A DNA stretch of 51,545 bases from an uncultured Alphaproteobacteria bacterium (GCA_965651535.1 CBFGSX010000001.1:1-51545); one strand, 5' to 3'; counted from the stretch's first letter, positions 1 through 9,572 are shown. Made by a program: numbers and translations. Notes: generated from the sequence alone by a model not told the origin.

Positions 1-58
1 TGATGCGCGCAGGCCATGGGAAATGTTCTAGCGCCGCGCGCTTAACAAAGTCGAAACG

Positions 59-580
59 TCACGCGGCGGGGCGCAGGACGCGTTGCTCCGCCAGTTTGAA
101 ATAATGCCGTCCCACGCCGACCAGAACATCATGGTCCAGATCGCCGACTTGGGTGAACAGCGCGTCGCGGTTCATGGCAAACGGCTCGAGCAGGGCATGA
201 CGGTCGCGAATATCTGAAAATGTTTTGAGGAGGTGTTCTTGTGCGGCATCCGGCTCATCAAGCCAGAAGCTGCGCGTATAAAGCGCAACGGTTTCCTCAA
301 GACTCTTTTTGTTTGCAACAAATTCGATCGCGCAATGGAGTCCTTCGGCCATTTCGGAAGAGGTAAAACGCTCCTGTTTATGATGCAGACGCGCCAGGCT
401 GATGTCATAGCGATGGGACAGGCTGTGAACGGTCTCCATGCTGGCGGTCAGGTGACCCATGAATTCGCCCAGACTGTTATAGCTCCAGTCCTGCGCGGCT
501 TTGTGGCCCAGAATTCCCAAGAGCCACAGACATTCGGTTTCGCTGATGATAACAGGAGGGATAAGAGAGTGGCTGGTCAT
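59..580 (-). CDS. hypothetical protein (173 aa)
   Basis: Longest ORF here, ATG at 580. No motif recognised. A perfect 9-bp-stem palindrome (605-627) lies just upstream. Confidence 0.45.
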   Translation of the reverse strand: MTSHSLIPPVIISETECLWLLGILGHKAAQDWSYNSLGEFMGHLTASMETVHSLSHRYDISLARLHHKQERFTSSEMAEGLHCAIEFVANKKSLEETVALYTRSFWLDEPDAAQEHLLKTFSDIRDRHALLEPFAMNRDALFTQVGDLDHDVLVGVGRHYFKLAEQRVLRPAA

Positions 581-1107
581 TCCTACAAGATTAGGGAAAT
601 AATTACGGGAATGTCAATCATTCCCGTTTCGACCATCGCCCCGGCCCAGGAAGGCGGTTTTTTTTCTGTCAATGCGGCTTTTCGGTCGTGCCTCTGCAAG
701 GGCGCGCCTTAAATCATTGCCACGTCGCCATTACTTAAAATCTCCTCTCTTTTTGAGAGATCAAAAACATCCCTCCTATGTCACCCCCGCGCAGGCGGGG
801 GTCTGGCTCTCATTCCGTTGAGATTTCAAGCCGGATGCCCGCCTGCGCGGGCAAGACAGGGGCGAGGAAAGGGCCTCAAATCGGGGAGCAGGCCGACCTG
901 ATGTCACGCTGGAAAATTTAATGGAATCGCCTTATAATAAAAGGGTCGGACGGGGCTTTGGGCCCTTGTCCGAGGGGTTTCCTTGCGTTATACGTCGCCT
1001 TGCCGAGTATCCGCATGGGAAAATCCGGCTGACACCACGGGGATAGACGGATTGTGCCGCATGGTGCGGGCAACGGAAACTATCTGCCAAACATTGGAGA
1101 GTCATCT

Positions 1108-3051
1108 ATGGCTAAAGTATTGGGTATTGATTTGGGGACGACCAACTCCTGCATGGCGATCATGGAGGGGGGGACGTATAAAATCGTCGAGAACGCCGAG
1201 GGCAAGCGCACCACGCCGTCGATCGTCGCGTTCACGGATAAAGGCGAGCGCCTGGTCGGCGATCCCGCCAAGCGCCAGGCGGTCACCAACCCCGAGCGCA
1301 CGCTTTATGCGGTCAAGCGCCTGATTGGCCGCCGCTTCGACGACAAGGAAGTGCAAGAGGCGATCAAGAAATCGCCCTATAAAATCGTCAAGGGCGATAA
1401 CGGCGACGCGGCTATCGAAGTCGACGGCGAGAAATACGCCCCGGCACAAATCGCGAGCTTTGTCCTCGGCCGCATGAAAGAAGCCGCCGAAAACTATCTC
1501 GGCGAGAAAATCGCCGAAGCGGTCATCACCGTGCCCGCCTATTTCAACGACTCCCAGCGTCAGGCAACCAAAGACGCCGGGAAAATTGCGGGCCTTGATG
1601 TTTTGCGCATCATCAACGAGCCGACGGCGGCTGCCTTGGCCTATGGCCTCGACAAGAAACAGCACGGCACGATCGCCGTCTATGACTTGGGCGGCGGCAC
1701 GTTCGACGTGTCCATTTTGGAAATCGGCGACGGCGTGTTCGAGGTGAAAGCCACGAACGGCGACACCTTCCTCGGCGGCGAAGACTTTGACCTGCGCATC
1801 ATCGATTTTCTGGCCGATGAGTTCAAAAAAGACCAAGGCATCGATCTGCGTTCCGATAAATTGGCTTTGCAGCGTCTGAAAGAAGCCGCCGAAAAAGCCA
1901 AGATCGAATTGTCCAGTGCGATGGAAACCGAAGTGAACCTGCCCTTCATCACGGCGGATCAATCGGGGCCGAAGCATTTGAACGTCAAATTGTCGCGCGC
2001 GAAACTCGAAGCATTGGTCGACGACCTGCTGCAAAAAACCATCGAGCCGATGAAAAAGGCGATGAAAGACGCGGGCGTTTCCGCCAGCCAGATCGACGAA
2101 GTTGTATTGGTCGGCGGTATGACGCGTATGCCCAAAGTCATCGAGATCGTCAAAAACTTCTTTGGCAAGGAACCGCATAAAGGCGTGAACCCCGACGAAG
2201 TGGTGGCCGCCGGTGCGGCAATCCAGGGCGGCGTGTTGAAAGGCGACGTCAAAGACGTTCTGCTTCTCGACGTGACCCCGCTTAGCTTGGGTATTGAAAC
2301 CTTGGGCGGCGTGTTCACGCGTCTCATCGACCGCAACACGACCATCCCGACCAAGAAATCGCAGATCTTTTCCACGGCCGACGACAACCAGACGGCGGTG
2401 ACGATCCGCGTGTTTCAGGGTGAACGCGAAATGGCCGCCGACAACAAGATCCTCGGCCAGTTCGATCTCGTGGGCATTCCGCCCGCGCCGCGCGGCATGC
2501 CGCAGATCGAAGTCGGTTTCGACATCGACGCCAACGGCATCGTCCATGTGACGGCCAAGGACAAAGCCACCGGCAAGGAGCAGCAAATCCGCATCCAGGC
2601 TTCGGGTGGTTTGTCGGATGCCGATATCGAAAAAATGGTCAAGGAAGCCGAAGCCAACCGCGAAGGCGACGCCAAACGCAAGGAGTTGGTCGAGGCGAAG
2701 AACCACGGCGAAAGCCTGATCCACGCGACCGAGAAATCCATCAAGGAGCTGGGCGACAAGGCCCCCGAAGCCGAAAAAACCGCATGCGAGACGGCGATTG
2801 CCGATCTGCGCGGCGTGTTGTCGGGCGAGGACGCCGAGGCGATCAAGGCGAAAACCGACGCGCTGGCGCAGGCCAGCATGAAGATCGGTGAGATTCTGTA
2901 TCGCCAGCAACAGGAAAACCCCAGCGCGGGTGCCACGGCCAATGAGTCTTCGGCAGAAACACCCGAAGGTGCCAAGGATGGCGCCAAGGACGGAGAAGTC
3001 ATTGACGCCGACTTCACCGATCTGGACGACGACAAAAAGGCGAATGGGTAA
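1108..3051 (+). CDS. dnaK: molecular chaperone DnaK (Hsp70)
   Basis: Translation [15 protein letters not shown]...[10 protein letters not shown]...[12 protein letters not shown] is canonical Hsp70. ATG at 1108 is preceded by GGAGA (1096-1100). The ORF-track start at 1054 is an upstream extension. Confidence 0.97.
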   Translation: MAKVLGIDLGTTNSCMAIMEGGTYKIVENAEGKRTTPSIVAFTDKGERLVGDPAKRQAVTNPERTLYAVKRLIGRRFDDKEVQEAIKKSPYKIVKGDNGDAAIEVDGEKYAPAQIASFVLGRMKEAAENYLGEKIAEAVITVPAYFNDSQRQATKDAGKIAGLDVLRIINEPTAAALAYGLDKKQHGTIAVYDLGGGTFDVSILEIGDGVFEVKATNGDTFLGGEDFDLRIIDFLADEFKKDQGIDLRSDKLALQRLKEAAEKAKIELSSAMETEVNLPFITADQSGPKHLNVKLSRAKLEALVDDLLQKTIEPMKKAMKDAGVSASQIDEVVLVGGMTRMPKVIEIVKNFFGKEPHKGVNPDEVVAAGAAIQGGVLKGDVKDVLLLDVTPLSLGIETLGGVFTRLIDRNTTIPTKKSQIFSTADDNQTAVTIRVFQGEREMAADNKILGQFDLVGIPPAPRGMPQIEVGFDIDANGIVHVTAKDKATGKEQQIRIQASGGLSDADIEKMVKEAEANREGDAKRKELVEAKNHGESLIHATEKSIKELGDKAPEAEKTACETAIADLRGVLSGEDAEAIKAKTDALAQASMKIGEILYRQQQENPSAGATANESSAETPEGAKDGAKDGEVIDADFTDLDDDKKANG

Positions 3052-3067
3052 AGCAGGATAACGAAAG

Positions 3068-3096
3068 GCCGGGGGAAACCCCGGCTTTTTGTTTTT
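3068..3096 (+). terminator. rho-independent terminator of dnaK
   Basis: GCCGGGG-gaaa-CCCCGGC stem-loop followed by TTTTTGTTTTT, 17 nt after the dnaK stop. Confidence 0.75.
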
Positions 3097-3260
3097 GAAA
3101 CACAGAGCTAAACAGAGATAGACAGAGTTCTTTTGTCTTCCTTGCCGCGCAGCGGCCTGAATACACGATACTAACGGCATGACAGAATTTATGCGCTTCG
3201 CGCGGAGTAATCCGTTAGAGAGGGATTCTCTGTCTATCTCTGTTTAGCTCTGCGGTTCAA
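3095..3260. mobile_element. MITE-like element, copy A (166 bp, about 33-bp terminal inverted repeats)
   Basis: Left end TTGAAACACAGAGCTAAACAGAGATAGACAGAG. Right end is its reverse complement with 2 mismatches (CTCTGTCTATCTCTGTTTAGCTCTGCGGTTCAA). No coding capacity. Confidence 0.8.
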
Positions 3261-3299
3261 TCCTTTTTCTTATGCCGAATTTGCGTTATACTCGCCGAT

Positions 3300-3920
3300 A
3301 TGTCCCCGCGTCGATACACACACGATAATCTGATTTACGAATCCTTCTACAAGGCGATTTTCAATTCTTTGTTTGTGGCGCTGGCGCCAGCCTTGGTGTT
3401 CCTGATCGGCGTGATCGTCGACGATACGCCTTTGACCTTTATCGGGTTGGCGCCGTTTCTGGGGCTGACTCATCTGGTGTTCATGGTCAGTTTTTTTGTG
3501 AATTTCTTTTACTACGTCTATTTCGTGCGTCGCCGCCAGCGCCTGTTGTCCTATTTCGCGGCGGTGGCGGTCACGGCGGGCGGCGGGTTCGTGTTGTTTT
3601 CCGATACGTTCAACGGGATGTTCTCCAACACCGGAAACGCCGTCATCATGATGACCTGGTTTTTGATTCTGGTGATGCTGATGATCGCGCACCGGATCGG
3701 AGCGTTCGACAAAGGAAGGGAGACGCGCTACGAGGAAGAAAGCTGGCTTTATCGGCACACGCTGGCGCGCGCGGGCGGCGTCGAGGAGACCGAAATTTCG
3801 ATCGAGGATGTTTATACGCCGCACCGTTATATCGACCATCACGACGAAAACGCCCCCGATCTGCCGAAGGCGGCGATCGACCCGGAGCAAGACCCCAAAC
3901 GCGCCTCGCGGCTGACGTAG
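3300..3920 (+). CDS. hypothetical polytopic membrane protein (206 aa)
   Basis: Several long hydrophobic segments (FVALAPALVFLIGVIV, LVFMVSFFVNFFYYVYF, IMMTWFLILVMLMIA). Sits between dnaK and dnaJ, bracketed by inverted MITE copies A and B. Looks lower in GC than its neighbours. Confidence 0.55.
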   Translation: MSPRRYTHDNLIYESFYKAIFNSLFVALAPALVFLIGVIVDDTPLTFIGLAPFLGLTHLVFMVSFFVNFFYYVYFVRRRQRLLSYFAAVAVTAGGGFVLFSDTFNGMFSNTGNAVIMMTWFLILVMLMIAHRIGAFDKGRETRYEEESWLYRHTLARAGGVEETEISIEDVYTPHRYIDHHDENAPDLPKAAIDPEQDPKRASRLT

Positions 3921-3926
3921 GTTTTT

Positions 3927-4110
3927 TGAAACGCAGAGCTAGACAGAGAGTCCCGTTCAACGGGTTACTCCGCGCGAAGCGCATAAATCCTGTCATGCCG
4001 TTAGTATCGTGTATTCAGGCCGCTTCCGCCTACGCCAAGGCTTCGGTGGACGGGTCGCGGCAAGGAAGACAAAAGAACTCTGTCTATCTCTGTTTAGCTC
4101 TGCGTTTCAA
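3927..4110. mobile_element. MITE-like element, copy B (184 bp), inverted relative to copy A
   Basis: Same TIRs (TTGAAACGCAGAGCTAGACAGAG ... CTCTGTCTATCTCTGTTTAGCTCTGCGTTTCAA). The interior is the reverse complement of copy A plus an extra segment of about 30 bp. Confidence 0.8.
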
Positions 4111-4192
4111 CCCTTGAAACCTTCCCGTTTGCACGCTAGAAAATCATAAGGAAAATGGGTGCCTCTTGAGAGGGCCGCAAAAGGTAAACGAT

Positions 4193-5344
4193 ATGGCCAA
4201 ACGCGATTATTACGATGTCCTGGGGGTCGGCAAGACGGCCTCGAACGACGACATGAAAAAAGCCTATCGCAAAAAGGCGATGGAATATCACCCCGATAAA
4301 AATCAGGGCAACAAGGAAGCCGAGAAAAAATTCAAGGAATTGAACGAGGCCTATGACGTCTTGAAAGACGAACAAAAGCGCGCGGCCTATGACCGTTTCG
4401 GCCATGCGGCCTTCGAGGGCGGCATGGGAGGCATGGGCGGCGCGCGCGGCGGGACGCAAGGTTTCGACCCGGGCGCGTTCTCGGATATTTTCGAAGAAAT
4501 GTTCGGCGACTTCATGGGCGGGATGCGTGGGGGCGGCGGCGGTCGCCGCGACAGCGCGCAGCGCGGCTCGGATCTGCGCGTCGTGCATGAAGTGTCGTTG
4601 GAACAGGCTTTTCGCGGCGCGAAGGCAACGGTCAATCTGTCGAGCAATGTCGAATGCGACACGTGCCGCGGCACGGGCGCGCAAAGCGGCACCGGGGTCG
4701 AAACCTGCGACATGTGCCACGGGCGCGGCGCGGTCAGAACACAAAGCGGTTTCTTCACGGTCGAGCGTGCCTGTCCGCGTTGTCAGGGTCAGGGCAAGAT
4801 CATCAAGAACCCGTGCAAATCCTGTGGCGGCGAAGGGCGCAAGCGCAAAGGCCGCAGCCTCGAGATCAACATTCCCGCGGGCGTCGATGACGGCACGCGC
4901 ATCCGCATCGCCGGCGAAGGCGAGGCGGGGCTGCGCGGCGGGCCTGCGGGCGATCTCTATGTCGAGATTTCCGTCAAGCCCCACAAATTATTCAAGCGCG
5001 AGGACGCGCATCTGTTCTGCCGCGTGCCGGTTTCGATGGTGACGGCGGCGCTTGGCGGCGCGGTCGAGGTGCCGACCATTGACGGCGGCCGCGTCGAAAT
5101 GAAAATTCCCGCAGGCACGCAAAGCGGCACGCAAATGCGCCTCGGCGGCAAGGGCATGAGTATTTTGCGCGCGGGCCATCGCGGCGACATGTATGTCGAG
5201 GTCGCGGTGGAAACGCCCGTCAACCTCAGCAAAAAGCAAAAAGACCTGCTCGCGGAATTCGACGGGCAGGGCAAGAACAATTCGCCCGAAAGCGCGGGGT
5301 TCTTCAGTCGCGTGAAGGAATTCTTCGACGATCTCAAGGATTAA
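4193..5344 (+). CDS. dnaJ: co-chaperone DnaJ
   Basis: [18 protein letters not shown]-domain motif, G/F-rich linker, and four CxxCxGxG zinc-finger repeats ([32 protein letters not shown]). ATG at 4193. Confidence 0.95.
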   Translation: MAKRDYYDVLGVGKTASNDDMKKAYRKKAMEYHPDKNQGNKEAEKKFKELNEAYDVLKDEQKRAAYDRFGHAAFEGGMGGMGGARGGTQGFDPGAFSDIFEEMFGDFMGGMRGGGGGRRDSAQRGSDLRVVHEVSLEQAFRGAKATVNLSSNVECDTCRGTGAQSGTGVETCDMCHGRGAVRTQSGFFTVERACPRCQGQGKIIKNPCKSCGGEGRKRKGRSLEINIPAGVDDGTRIRIAGEGEAGLRGGPAGDLYVEISVKPHKLFKREDAHLFCRVPVSMVTAALGGAVEVPTIDGGRVEMKIPAGTQSGTQMRLGGKGMSILRAGHRGDMYVEVAVETPVNLSKKQKDLLAEFDGQGKNNSPESAGFFSRVKEFFDDLKD

Positions 5345-5635
5345 GTTTCCCTTCGTCATGCTTCGGCTTGTCCGGAGCATCTGGTGTGAGATCCTCCGCA
5401 TAAAGCGGAGGATGACGGATAAGAGAAGCCGAATCGTTTTCCACAGTATGCCATCTTGAAATTCCTTTGCCGCCCTCATGCGTGCGGATGTCAAGTCTTA
5501 ACGGCGCATTAAGAAATAGGAATTTATACGCATATCAAATCAATGGCTTGAAAAAAATGCCCTTTAAAAGGGCAAAAAGATGGAATCGCGGGGATTCAAA
5601 GACCGACTCCGCATGGTGCGGGCTTTCCCACAAAC

Positions 5636-5658
5636 TTATCCACAGATTCTGGGGATAA
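5636..5658. promoter_or_regulatory. inverted pair of DnaA-box-like 9-mers
   Basis: TTATCCACA (5636-5644, perfect consensus) and TGGGGATAA (5650-5658, reverse complement TTATCCCCA, 1 mismatch). Weaker boxes at 5437-5445 (TTTTCCACA) and 5624-5632 (TTTCCCACA). Confidence 0.3.
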
Positions 5659-5710
5659 ACGAAAACGAGAACGGGAAGCTCAGGAAAACCGCCACACCGC
5701 CGTTGCTTAA

Positions 5711-5840
5711 ACCCCCTCTCCCTTTGGGAGAGGGATGGGGTGAGGGTTTTCGATTTATCCTGCTGCCGCGTAACCCCTCACCCGTCCGCCTTCGCTATCG
5801 CTTCGGCGCGCCGACCTCTCCCACCGGGAGAGGTGACAGG
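5711..5840. repeat. composite hairpin repeat (family S), copy 1
   Basis: CCCTCTCCC-tttg-GGAGAGGG hairpin, GGGGTGAGGG...CCCCTCACCC long-range pair, and GACCTCTCCC-accg-GGAGAGGT hairpin. Near-identical to 20088-20197. Confidence 0.75.
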
Positions 5841-6109
5841 CTCCCCCCCCCTTTTATGTCACCCCCGCGCAGGCGGGGATCCATGGTATAGACCCTCGCT
5901 TGCGCAAGGGTTACGAAGGGGTGGCAACTCTCCCATTGAGGCCGGAGTCCAGTCTGCAATAACGGCATGTTTCCATTTTTGAACCACTAAGAACACAAAG
6001 CATTCCGCAAAGCGCTTTATTCTTGGAGAACTTCGTGACCTTAGGGCTCTTCGGGGTTATTTTTTCTGGACCCCGGATCACGTCCGGGGTGACAGCTTGG
6101 GGGAGAATA

Positions 6110-6769
6110 TCAGGCGCGGGAAATGGCGCGCTCGGCCTCGCGCAGCGCGTCTTCGGCTTTGCCGAATTCGGGGTCTTCGCGGCGCCCCAGCGCGTCGTGG
6201 ATCTGTTTGTGGCCGCGCAGGATCTTGCGCAATTCCTCGATGGTCGAGCGCGCCAGATCGGCAAAGGCGCGGTTTTTATCCTCTGTGGCGACGGAAATAT
6301 TCTGCGCGGCTTGGTATTTGCCCAGCGCCGCCTTGATCTCGGCATCCACCGATTTCAGGAAATTTTCCGAGCTTTCTTCGTGGCTCGCGCCCGCCGCCGA
6401 AATTTCCGTGCTGGTCTTGGCCATGTCGCTGGTGAAATTCACCAGGTCGGGCTTGCCGCCGGCGGCGATGAAATCCTTGACCGCCCCGGCCAGCTCGCGG
6501 GCGAGGCGCGCGGCCATGCGCCCGAGGGTTTTGGAATCGATAAGGCCCGACAGTTTCAGCGCGGCGATGGACGCCTTGATGCGCTGGATGGTTTGCATGG
6601 CATAGGATTTTTTCTGGTCGTTCAGGTCGACGCGCGATTGCTTCAGCGCATGGATCGCGGTTTCGGCCTCTTTTTTCTGGGCCGCGACGCGCTCGCGCAG
6701 CACCGGGTCGGATTGATACAAATCCGAAAGGCGCGTCTGGGGCGCTGGGGTGATCGGTGTCGTCATCAT
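6110..6769 (-). CDS. hypothetical alpha-helical/coiled-coil protein (219 aa)
   Basis: ORF with tandem ATGs at 6769/6766. Charged, Ala/Lys/Glu-rich helical sequence. No domain recognised. Confidence 0.5.
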   Translation of the reverse strand: MMTTPITPAPQTRLSDLYQSDPVLRERVAAQKKEAETAIHALKQSRVDLNDQKKSYAMQTIQRIKASIAALKLSGLIDSKTLGRMAARLARELAGAVKDFIAAGGKPDLVNFTSDMAKTSTEISAAGASHEESSENFLKSVDAEIKAALGKYQAAQNISVATEDKNRAFADLARSTIEELRKILRGHKQIHDALGRREDPEFGKAEDALREAERAISRA

Positions 6770-6906
6770 GTTCCGCCGTTCTGGCCGAAAAAGGCAATTT
6801 TCTATCCTCCATTCTAGCAAATCCCCTTAAAAATCAGGTAAAAACTTGCGCCGCACCTGTGATAACGGAGTGTTTATACTTTTTTAACCACGAAGGGTAA
6901 GTTTTT

Positions 6907-7073
6907 TGAAACGCAGAGCTAGACAGTGATCGCAGAGCGTCCCGTGATAATGGAGAAAAATGCGCGAAGCGCACACAAATATCGTGATAGACGTTAGGCT
7001 TGGATTTTCAGGTCGCTACGCGGCAGAGAAGAAAAATGAACTCTGTCTGCCTCTGTCTAGCTCTGCGTTTCAA
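6907..7073. mobile_element. MITE-like element, copy C (167 bp)
   Basis: TTGAAACGCAGAGCTAGACAG ... CTGTCTGCCTCTGTCTAGCTCTGCGTTTCAA. The flanks extend the inverted repeat (GGGTAAGTTTTT / AAAAACTTACCC). The interior is diverged but keeps the GCGCGAAGCGCA core. Confidence 0.75.
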
Positions 7074-7245
7074 AAAAACTTACCCTCCGTCTGCAAGGCG
7101 TTTTGTTCTTGGAAAACTTCGTGACCTTAGTGCTCTTAGTGGTTAACAAGGGTCCTTCGGGTCAAGCCCGAAGGACCCAGAAGGTATTCTTTGAGGATAT
7201 TCTTTCAAATTTGAGACAGTGCAAAAAACCGCTATAGTCCACGCC

Positions 7246-9072
7246 ATGAATACCCTGTTGAACGGCCTTGCCGTCATTGATTCCTTTGCAAAATCCGCGG
7301 GCCTCGGCCCCGGCGTCTACCGCATGCTGAACGCGGCGGGGGAATATCTTTATATCGGCAAGGCGCGGCAGCTGGAAAAGCGAATCGCCTCCTATACGCA
7401 GTTCGACAAATTGCCCGTGCGGCTCCAGCGCATGGTGGCGGAAACGGTCGCCATGGAGGCGACGCATACGCGCACCGAAGCCGAAGCCTTGATGCTCGAA
7501 GCGAACATGATCCGCAAGCATCTGCCGCGTTACAACGTGCTTTTGCGCGACGACAAATCCGTGCCCTATATCCATCTTTCGACGGATCACGATTTTCCAA
7601 AGGTCTCGGCGCATCGCGGCGCGAAAACCGACAAGGGCGAATATTACGGCCCCTTTGCCAGCGCCGGGCCCGTCTGGGAAACCATCGAAACCTTGCAGCG
7701 CGTGTTTTTGCTGCGGAATTGTTCCGATCACGATTTCGCTACGCGCAAGCGCCCGTGCCTGCAATACCACATCAAGCGCTGCACGGCGCCGTGCGTCGGC
7801 AAGGTGACGCAGGACGCATACGCCGAACAGGTCAAAGGCGCGCGCGCTTTCCTCGACGGGAAATCCGCCGATCTGCAAAAGCAATTCGCCGCAAAAATGC
7901 AACAAGCCGCCGACAAGAACGAATTCGAAATGGCGGCCCTTTACCGCGACCGCCTCAAGGCGCTGGCGGCGGTGCAATCGAAGCAGGATATCAATGTCGA
8001 AAGCTTGATCGAGGATGTCGATGTCATCGGCGCGTATCTGGATGGCGGGCAGGCTTGCATCGAGGTGTTCTTTTTCCGCGGCGGGCGCAATTACGGCAAC
8101 AAGGCCTATTTCCCGCGCCACGCGGCGGATGTCGCGCTTGATGAAATCCTGTCCGCTTTTATCGGCCAGTTTTACCAGTCGCGTCCCGCCGCGCCCGAGA
8201 TTCTCATCAGCCATGAAATTCCCGAGCGCGACATTCTGGCCGAAGCCTTGACGGCGGAAAACGACCGCGCGGTGAAAATTCATGTGCCCCAGCGCGGCGA
8301 CAAAAAACGCCTGATCGATTTCGCGGTGGAAAACGCCAAACGCGCCCATGCGCGCAACATGGAAGAGGGCGCCAAACACCGCGAGGCCTTGGAAAAACTG
8401 GCGGCTTTGGGCGGATGGGAAAACGCGCTCGAACGCGTCGAGGTCTACGACAACTCGCATCTAAGCGGGACAAACGCGCTGGGGGTGATGATCGTCGTCG
8501 GCCCCGAGGGCTTCGAGAAAAAACACTACCGCAAATTCAATATCCGCGACGCGCGCGGCGACGACGACACGGCGATGATGCGCGAAGTGCTGACGCGGCG
8601 GTTATCGGTTGAGGGCGAGGCGCGATTTCCCGACCTGATCCTCCTCGACGGCGGCAAGGGGCAGCTGAACGCTGCGAAAAAAACGCTGGCCGAATTGAAC
8701 TTGGATTTGCCGCTGCTGGCGATTTCCAAAGGGCCGGATCGCCATGCGGGGCGCGAGTGGCTGCATTTTCCTGACGGACGCGAAATACAACTCGAAAAAG
8801 CCGACCCTCTCCTTTATTTCCTGCAACGCATCCGCGACGAGGCGCATCGCTTCGCCATCACGGGCCAGCGCGCGCGGCGCAGCAAATCGCTGGTGAAATC
8901 CAGTCTCGATTCCGTGCTCGGCATTGGCGGCAAGCGCAAAAAAGCGCTGCTGCTGCATTTCGGCTCGGCCAAAGCGGTCGAACGCGCGGGCGTCGAAGAT
9001 TTGATGAAGGTGGACGGCATCTCGCGCAAAACGGCGGAGACGATTTATCACCACTTCCACGACGGGAATTAG
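7246..9072 (+). CDS. uvrC: excinuclease ABC subunit C
   Basis: N-terminal GIY-YIG (PGVYRMLNAAGEYLYIGKARQLEKRIASY), UvrBC-interaction region and C-terminal (HhH)2. ATG 7246 is preferred over GTG 7219 because it gives the usual spacing before PGVYRM. Confidence 0.92.
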   Translation: MNTLLNGLAVIDSFAKSAGLGPGVYRMLNAAGEYLYIGKARQLEKRIASYTQFDKLPVRLQRMVAETVAMEATHTRTEAEALMLEANMIRKHLPRYNVLLRDDKSVPYIHLSTDHDFPKVSAHRGAKTDKGEYYGPFASAGPVWETIETLQRVFLLRNCSDHDFATRKRPCLQYHIKRCTAPCVGKVTQDAYAEQVKGARAFLDGKSADLQKQFAAKMQQAADKNEFEMAALYRDRLKALAAVQSKQDINVESLIEDVDVIGAYLDGGQACIEVFFFRGGRNYGNKAYFPRHAADVALDEILSAFIGQFYQSRPAAPEILISHEIPERDILAEALTAENDRAVKIHVPQRGDKKRLIDFAVENAKRAHARNMEEGAKHREALEKLAALGGWENALERVEVYDNSHLSGTNALGVMIVVGPEGFEKKHYRKFNIRDARGDDDTAMMREVLTRRLSVEGEARFPDLILLDGGKGQLNAAKKTLAELNLDLPLLAISKGPDRHAGREWLHFPDGREIQLEKADPLLYFLQRIRDEAHRFAITGQRARRSKSLVKSSLDSVLGIGGKRKKALLLHFGSAKAVERAGVEDLMKVDGISRKTAETIYHHFHDGN

Positions 9073-9572
9073 TTCATCTGCGTGTTGCTCAGACCGGGTG
9101 TGTGCGCCATCGGCTTGAATTTCGGCAACTCCATATTCTGGCGCATTTGTTCCAGACGGTTGGTCGGCATGGTCATGGCGTTGGCATTGCCGATGGGCTG
9201 GAATCCCAAACGCCCCAGCTCGGGAGTGTTTTCCTCGATGTAAAGCGGCAATCCCGCCTCGACTTCCCGCGAGGTCTTGCAGAATTTTTTGAACAGCAAT
9301 TCTTTGATCCCGGGCGTCGTCGCAAAGAAATCCTCAATCCGCACAAAGCCTTCCGCGCCGTCTTTTTCAACGCTGTGGCGGATATAGCCGACCGGATCAC
9401 CTGTTTCGACGGCAACCAGCACATTTTGGGGGGTGTCGTGCAGGGTATTTTCCAGCGCGACCAGCCGGTCGCCATAAGTCCCTTTGGGCCAGTCGGACAA
9501 ATCGGCCAAAGCCGTGACATCCGACAGGACGGCGCCGCGAAACTTGATCGGGTTCGGGTTGTGGGTGGACAT
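9069..9572 (-). CDS. hypothetical protein, possibly GNAT-fold acetyltransferase (167 aa)
   Basis: Pattern IKFRGAVLSDV...VLVAVETGDPVGYIRH...LGFQPIG resembles a GNAT core. Assignment is weak. Its stop overlaps the uvrC stop convergently (TTAG). Confidence 0.4.
   Translation of the reverse strand: MSTHNPNPIKFRGAVLSDVTALADLSDWPKGTYGDRLVALENTLHDTPQNVLVAVETGDPVGYIRHSVEKDGAEGFVRIEDFFATTPGIKELLFKKFCKTSREVEAGLPLYIEENTPELGRLGFQPIGNANAMTMPTNRLEQMRQNMELPKFKPMAHTPGLSNTQMN

Noticed and set aside
700-1107. CIRCE/HrcA operator or a clear RpoH-type promoter upstream of dnaK.
   Set aside because: No TTAGCACTC-N9-GAGTGCTAA-like dyad is present. CTTG-N17 candidates (965-993, 982-1010) have poor -10 matches, so no promoter is called.
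1102-3180. 692-aa ORF antisense to dnaK. Similar long antisense or out-of-frame ORFs occur opposite gyrA (33022-35742), mreB (18903-20120), leuS (22198-23433), mrdA, lepA, terL, portal and others.
   Set aside because: Typical stop-poor shadow frames of a GC-rich genome. Their translations are Arg/Ala/Gly-rich and low in complexity, and each overlaps a gene whose product is unmistakable.
5437-5658. Chromosomal origin of replication (oriC).
   Set aside because: Only one perfect and three imperfect DnaA boxes. Flanking genes do not show the strand switch expected at an origin (dnaK and dnaJ read toward it). No typical oriC-neighbour genes. Kept only as a low-interest regulatory observation.
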